DNA from: Malacoraja senta
Lineage: Eukaryota
DNA: 64,000 nucleotides
Direction: 5' to 3'
Assembly (NCBI GenBank): GCA_038087875.1
Contig: CM075987.1
Span: 25,484,001-25,548,000, forward strand
Part shown: one piece after another, positions 61,752 to 64,000 of the stretch
Layout: each line of letters begins with the position of its first letter
Numbering within the stretch: the stretch's first letter is position 1
Translations under genes and position numbers: made by a program
The notes under the pieces: model-generated
Databases searched by the model: none
Seen by the model: only the letters and a program-made list of their open reading frames with translations
Told to the model about the DNA's origin: nothing

Positions 61752-62318
61752 TGGAGACCATTCTCCAGAGATGCTGCAACATTTTGTGTCTATCTTCATT
61801 GTCCCAGCTACGCTAGTCCCACCTGCCTGCGTTTGGCCCATATCCCACAACACCCGTCCTATCCATGTACCCGTTTAAATGTTTCTTAAACGTTGCGGTA
61901 ACAACTATCCAGTAACTAAATCTGCCAGTTCTTAAACTGAACCCAAACCCTTCCATCTGCCATCTCTTTAATACAGAAATAAAGGCTTACTTCAGTTAAA
62001 TGTTCCTGTTTCCTTCAGACCGATGATTGAGTTTTCCATCCCTTGAGGAACAGCTGCCAAGCGCTCCTTTGCATCTGATCGCTCAGAGCCCACAGTCAAC
62101 TGCTGTGTAAGACGGATTGCACCTGATAAACATCACCTTAAAGGCTAATTTAAAATTTAGCCGTATGACATTTTTTCATAACCGTTTTTATATTATTTGC
62201 TACTTTCCATTTATTTTTCATCTCCCCTAACCTGGCAGCGAGCTAAAAGATCCCACGGGGTGTGGTGTTGGCGTACCCTGCTGTTCCACGCACCCTACCT
62301 TGCTGGACAGAAAGCAGA

Positions 62319-62613
62319 GGCGGGCACGGTGGCGCAGCGGTAGAGATGCTGCCTCACAACGCCCAGAGTCCCAGGTTCGATCCTGATCACGGGTGCTGTC
62401 TGTGCGGAGCTCGTACGTTATCCCTGTGACCTGCGTGGGTTTTCTCTGGGTGCTCCGGTTACCTGCAACGCTCCAAAGGCGTACAGGATTGTAGGTTAAT
62501 GAGATTAGGCAAATTGTCCCTAGTGTGTTGGATAGTGTATGGCATGATCGCTGGTCGGCACGGACTCGGTGGGACTAAAAACCCTGTTTCCACACTGTAT
62601 CTCTAAAGTCTAA
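62319..62613 (+). mobile_element. V-SINE
   Basis: A box TGGCGCAGCGG, B box GGTTCGATCC. Confidence 0.87.
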
Positions 62614-63027
62614 AGAGAGAGAAGTCTCGCTGTGCTTGGAGTGAGAGACCAGCAATGATCAGGTACAGCGTGGGGAAGCAGAGTGGTTGAATGCATTTTA
62701 CAGTCAGCTTGCAAAACTAAATATGATGGAGAGGAAAATTCAAAGCTTCATTTCCAGACCCATATTCCCCCACTGGGCAACAATGTTATAACAAACTCAA
62801 AATAAACTGCCATTTCCATTCTATTTCCACGGGGAATTTTTAATTTCCGAAAGGCTTTGCATGACTCACGACATTTGCCGAATAGATTAAAGGAATTATT
62901 TCAGGGTTTGTGCCCTAGTTTTCCTTTGTATGAAAATATAACGCATTTCAATGAACGGAAACAAATAGATGCTGGAAAATATATATTATCCATTCTTTCC
63001 GGTTATGGATGTACACCTCACTCACGT

Positions 63028-63343
63028 GGGCGGCACGGTGGCACAGCGGTACAGTTGCTGCCTTCACACAGCGCCAGAGACCCGGGTTCAATTCCGACTA
63101 TGGGTGCTGTCTGTACGGAGTTTGTATGTTCTCCCCGTGACCGCGTGGGTTTTCCCCGGGTGCTCTGGGTTTCCTCCCACACTCCAACGACGTACAGGTT
63201 TGTAGGTTAATTGCGTTCGGTAAAGATTGCAAATTGTCCCCAGTGTGTGTAGGATAGCGATAATGTGCGGGGATCGCTGGTCGGCGCGGACTCGGTGGGC
63301 CGAAGGGCCTGTTTCCACGCTGTATCTCTAAACTAAACTAAAC
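63028..63343 (+). mobile_element. V-SINE, full length
   Basis: Head through the (AAACT)n tail. Confidence 0.9.
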
Positions 63344-63574
63344 CTCCTGTGGTCACCCTTTAATGGGTTGGTTAATTTGACAGGAGGGCCTCACTGATGA
63401 TGCAACTTTTCTACCTGATCGATCTCTGCTGGAGATCAGGTCAATGCCTCAACGAAGGACACCAACAAAGGAAGATCAAACCCAGTGTTGAATGAAGCAG
63501 AGGGTGAGACATTTCAAATGATTACAAGAAAGCACATCAAGCTGACTTGAAGCACTTTCCCAAACTGACATCAA

Positions 63575-63835
63575 CTGAAGGATCTGCAGATGCTGGTTTA
63601 CACCAAAGACAGACACAAAATGCTGGAGTAACTCAGCGGGTCAGGCAGCATCGCTGGAGAGAAGGAATGGGTGACGTTTTGGGTCGAGATCCTTCTTCAG
63701 ACTAAGAGTCAGGGGCGAGGGAGACGAGAGATATGAAATGGTACATGGAACAAATGAATAAAAGGTATGCAAAAGGACAAATCAAAGCCAGCAACGATGA
63801 TCAAGGAAATGTGGAGCCCATACTGGTCCATTGAC
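63575..63835 (-). mobile_element. PLE-derived 3' element
   Basis: Conserved 3' end and a degenerate hammerhead-like core at 63673-63700. Confidence 0.75.
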
Positions 63836-64000
63836 ACTGGAGAAATCGAGGCCACAACACTTGGAATGTTAATAACCATTGTATGAGTGTGTAAAATACC
63901 ATTTACTTTAGTTCAGTTTAGTCTGGAGATACAGCAGGGAAACAGGCCCTTCAGTCCACCAATTCCACGCCGACCAGTGATCACATCGTGCACTAGTTCT

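Noticed and set aside
62830..62870. NF-kB-like plus AP-1 (TGACTCA) motif cluster
   Set aside because: The kB site is imperfect and a single 7-mer is not significant in 64 kb
63028..63100. tRNA genes (A and B boxes, here and in many other copies)
   Set aside because: They are SINE heads running into a V-domain and LINE-like tail; no acceptor stem closure or Pol III terminator
694..63318. Dozens of similar short ORFs (MECGRKPE.., ..RTYKLRTDSTR.., ..GGAAVELLPYS..) that look like a gene family
   Set aside because: They are translations of V-SINE copies in various frames, with no consistent start, stop or frame

Overview
Eukaryotic, repeat-saturated intronic or intergenic DNA. The repeat set points to a cartilaginous fish, probably a skate or ray; this is inferred from the repeats, not from a database search. 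I cannot support any host protein-coding exon, RNA gene or CRISPR array. Nearly all ORFs in the supplied track are translations of transposable elements or are spurious. The window contains: (i) roughly 35-40 copies or fragments of a tRNA-headed V-SINE (HE1-like) with an (AAACT)n tail; (ii) more than 20 5'-truncated CR1-clade LINE pieces from several subfamilies, including a young 2.27-kb copy with an almost intact RT frame; (iii) Rex1/Babar-like and L2-like 3' fragments, plus one Rex1-like element that keeps both ends and has lost its middle; (iv) Penelope-like element (PLE) derivatives, one with a GIY-YIG endonuclease ORF; (v) non-autonomous DNA transposons: PIF/Harbinger-type MITEs with TAA/TTA target duplications, a hAT-like element and a possible P-like element. 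The most interesting signal is a minimal hammerhead-ribozyme-like core (CTGAAGA-A-stem II-GAAACGTC/T) in more than 20 short PLE-derived copies. Many of these copies are stereotyped palindromic insertions with their own target-site duplications (TSDs). TSDs also let several nested insertion histories be read directly. Copy counts and most boundaries were read by eye and are approximate.
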